DNA of 64,000 nucleotides, from NCBI GenBank assembly GCA_051294905.1, contig CM119371.1, forward strand, positions 16,928,001 to 16,992,000, written 5' to 3'. Position 1 is the stretch's first letter. Every line of letters starts with the position of its first letter. A program made the translations under genes and the position numbers. Positions 63,075 through 64,000 of this stretch are shown in pieces. The notes under the pieces are model-generated. The model saw only the letters and a list, made by a program, of their open reading frames with translations, did no database searches and was not told the origin of the DNA. The DNA comes from Botryllus schlosseri. Lineage: Eukaryota.

Positions 63075-64000
63075 GCCTAGTTTAATAGAATTTGTTAAGA
63101 CACCTCGCATAGGTCAAATACGTGAGTATGACGTCATAAATGGTGGAAACGCGCGCAACTGATATAGGTGGTACTCGAGCACTGCTTTAAACCTCAAAAT
63201 GGTACGTGGGTGGTAAAAGGTTGGGAACCACTGATTTAGGATGTCGGTGCTTCATTTCAAACTTCAGAGTACTATGGAGCTGCATGAAATCACTCGATTA
63301 GGCTACATATAACGAAAATTTAAAGGTAGGTAGCCTACGATTGGATGTCACCATCCAGTTAATTCAAAAGCACGCACGTACACTTATAGAGATTTTGTAT
63401 CGGTTATTTTAGCACTGATAGACGCAGATTGGCGAGTGCCATACATTGAAATAAACTGAAAATGCATATCATCACTACAGCATACCATATATTTCGTTTT
63501 GTGATAGCTCTACACAAATTCCAGCACTTAATGCACAACTTTGAGGGGGTTATACGCTGAGCAATATTGGTAATAATTATACTTGACGATGAGTCGTTAC
63601 TTTGATGTCAGTAAAATTGTGTCGAAATTCACTCTACATAGTGATGATCTATGAAGGTCTATGACCAGATTGACCACTGAACAGCAGAACTCAAGATTTA
63701 TCATCGTCTGAGGGGTATTCATCTTTGCGTTTGACGCTAGTCTGTAAGAATTCTCTCTTCCTGTTTTTAGAAACGGCCTTGGGCGGTTTCGGACATAAGC
63801 ATACTATTCCCTATTTTCGTATTCATATACAAAAATTGACAATAACTTTTCATAGAAACAAACAACCACCGTCTATTATATTCTGTGGCATATTCATAAG
63901 TCAATCATAACCGCAAATAGGCTAGCTTGGATCTGCTTGCGGCTCTGAGATACGCGGTTGGGAATCATTGATTTAGATGAATGATACCCTGCAACCTGCA

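Larger units (their letters stand above)
61347..63233 (+). mobile_element. Buster-type deletion derivative, level 2
   Basis: Perfect TIRs CAGTGGTTCCCAACC / GGTTGGGAACCACTG; perfect TSD ATTTAGGA at 61339-61346 and 63234-63241; GGTACGCG subterminal motifs. Confidence 0.95.
61324..63970. mobile_element. hAT (Buster-like) MITE, level 1 of a four-level nest
   Basis: Ends CAGTGGTTCCCAACC / GGTTGGGAATCATTG; perfect TSD ATTTAGAT at 61316-61323 and 63971-63978. Confidence 0.9.

Overview
Eukaryotic (metazoan, invertebrate-like, AT-rich, CpG not strongly depleted) genomic window dominated by transposable elements; I see no prokaryotic operon, CRISPR array or rRNA. Main contents: (1) a full-length I-group LINE (3277-10851; 13-bp TSD, (TAA)n tail) inside a stack of nested insertions up to six levels deep (371-11572); (2) a young Ty1/copia LTR retrotransposon on the minus strand (52048-57039; LTRs 280/281 identical) flanked by a perfect 60-bp direct duplication instead of the usual ~5-bp TSD; (3) more than 20 non-autonomous hAT-type TIR elements, most with readable 8-bp TSDs and many nested, two carrying Buster-type transposase remnants; (4) a ~630-bp foldback palindrome and a 5'-truncated CR1/L2-like LINE; (5) phase-compatible minus-strand exons of an unidentified, apparently decaying host gene (~43.3-61.1 kb). 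A recurring TAGGCTA/TAGCCTA/TAGGCCTA motif behaves as a net 5-6 bp insertion at TA sites in two coding remnants, suggesting excision scars of a TA-targeting element not present here. All calls were read by eye; no database search was run.
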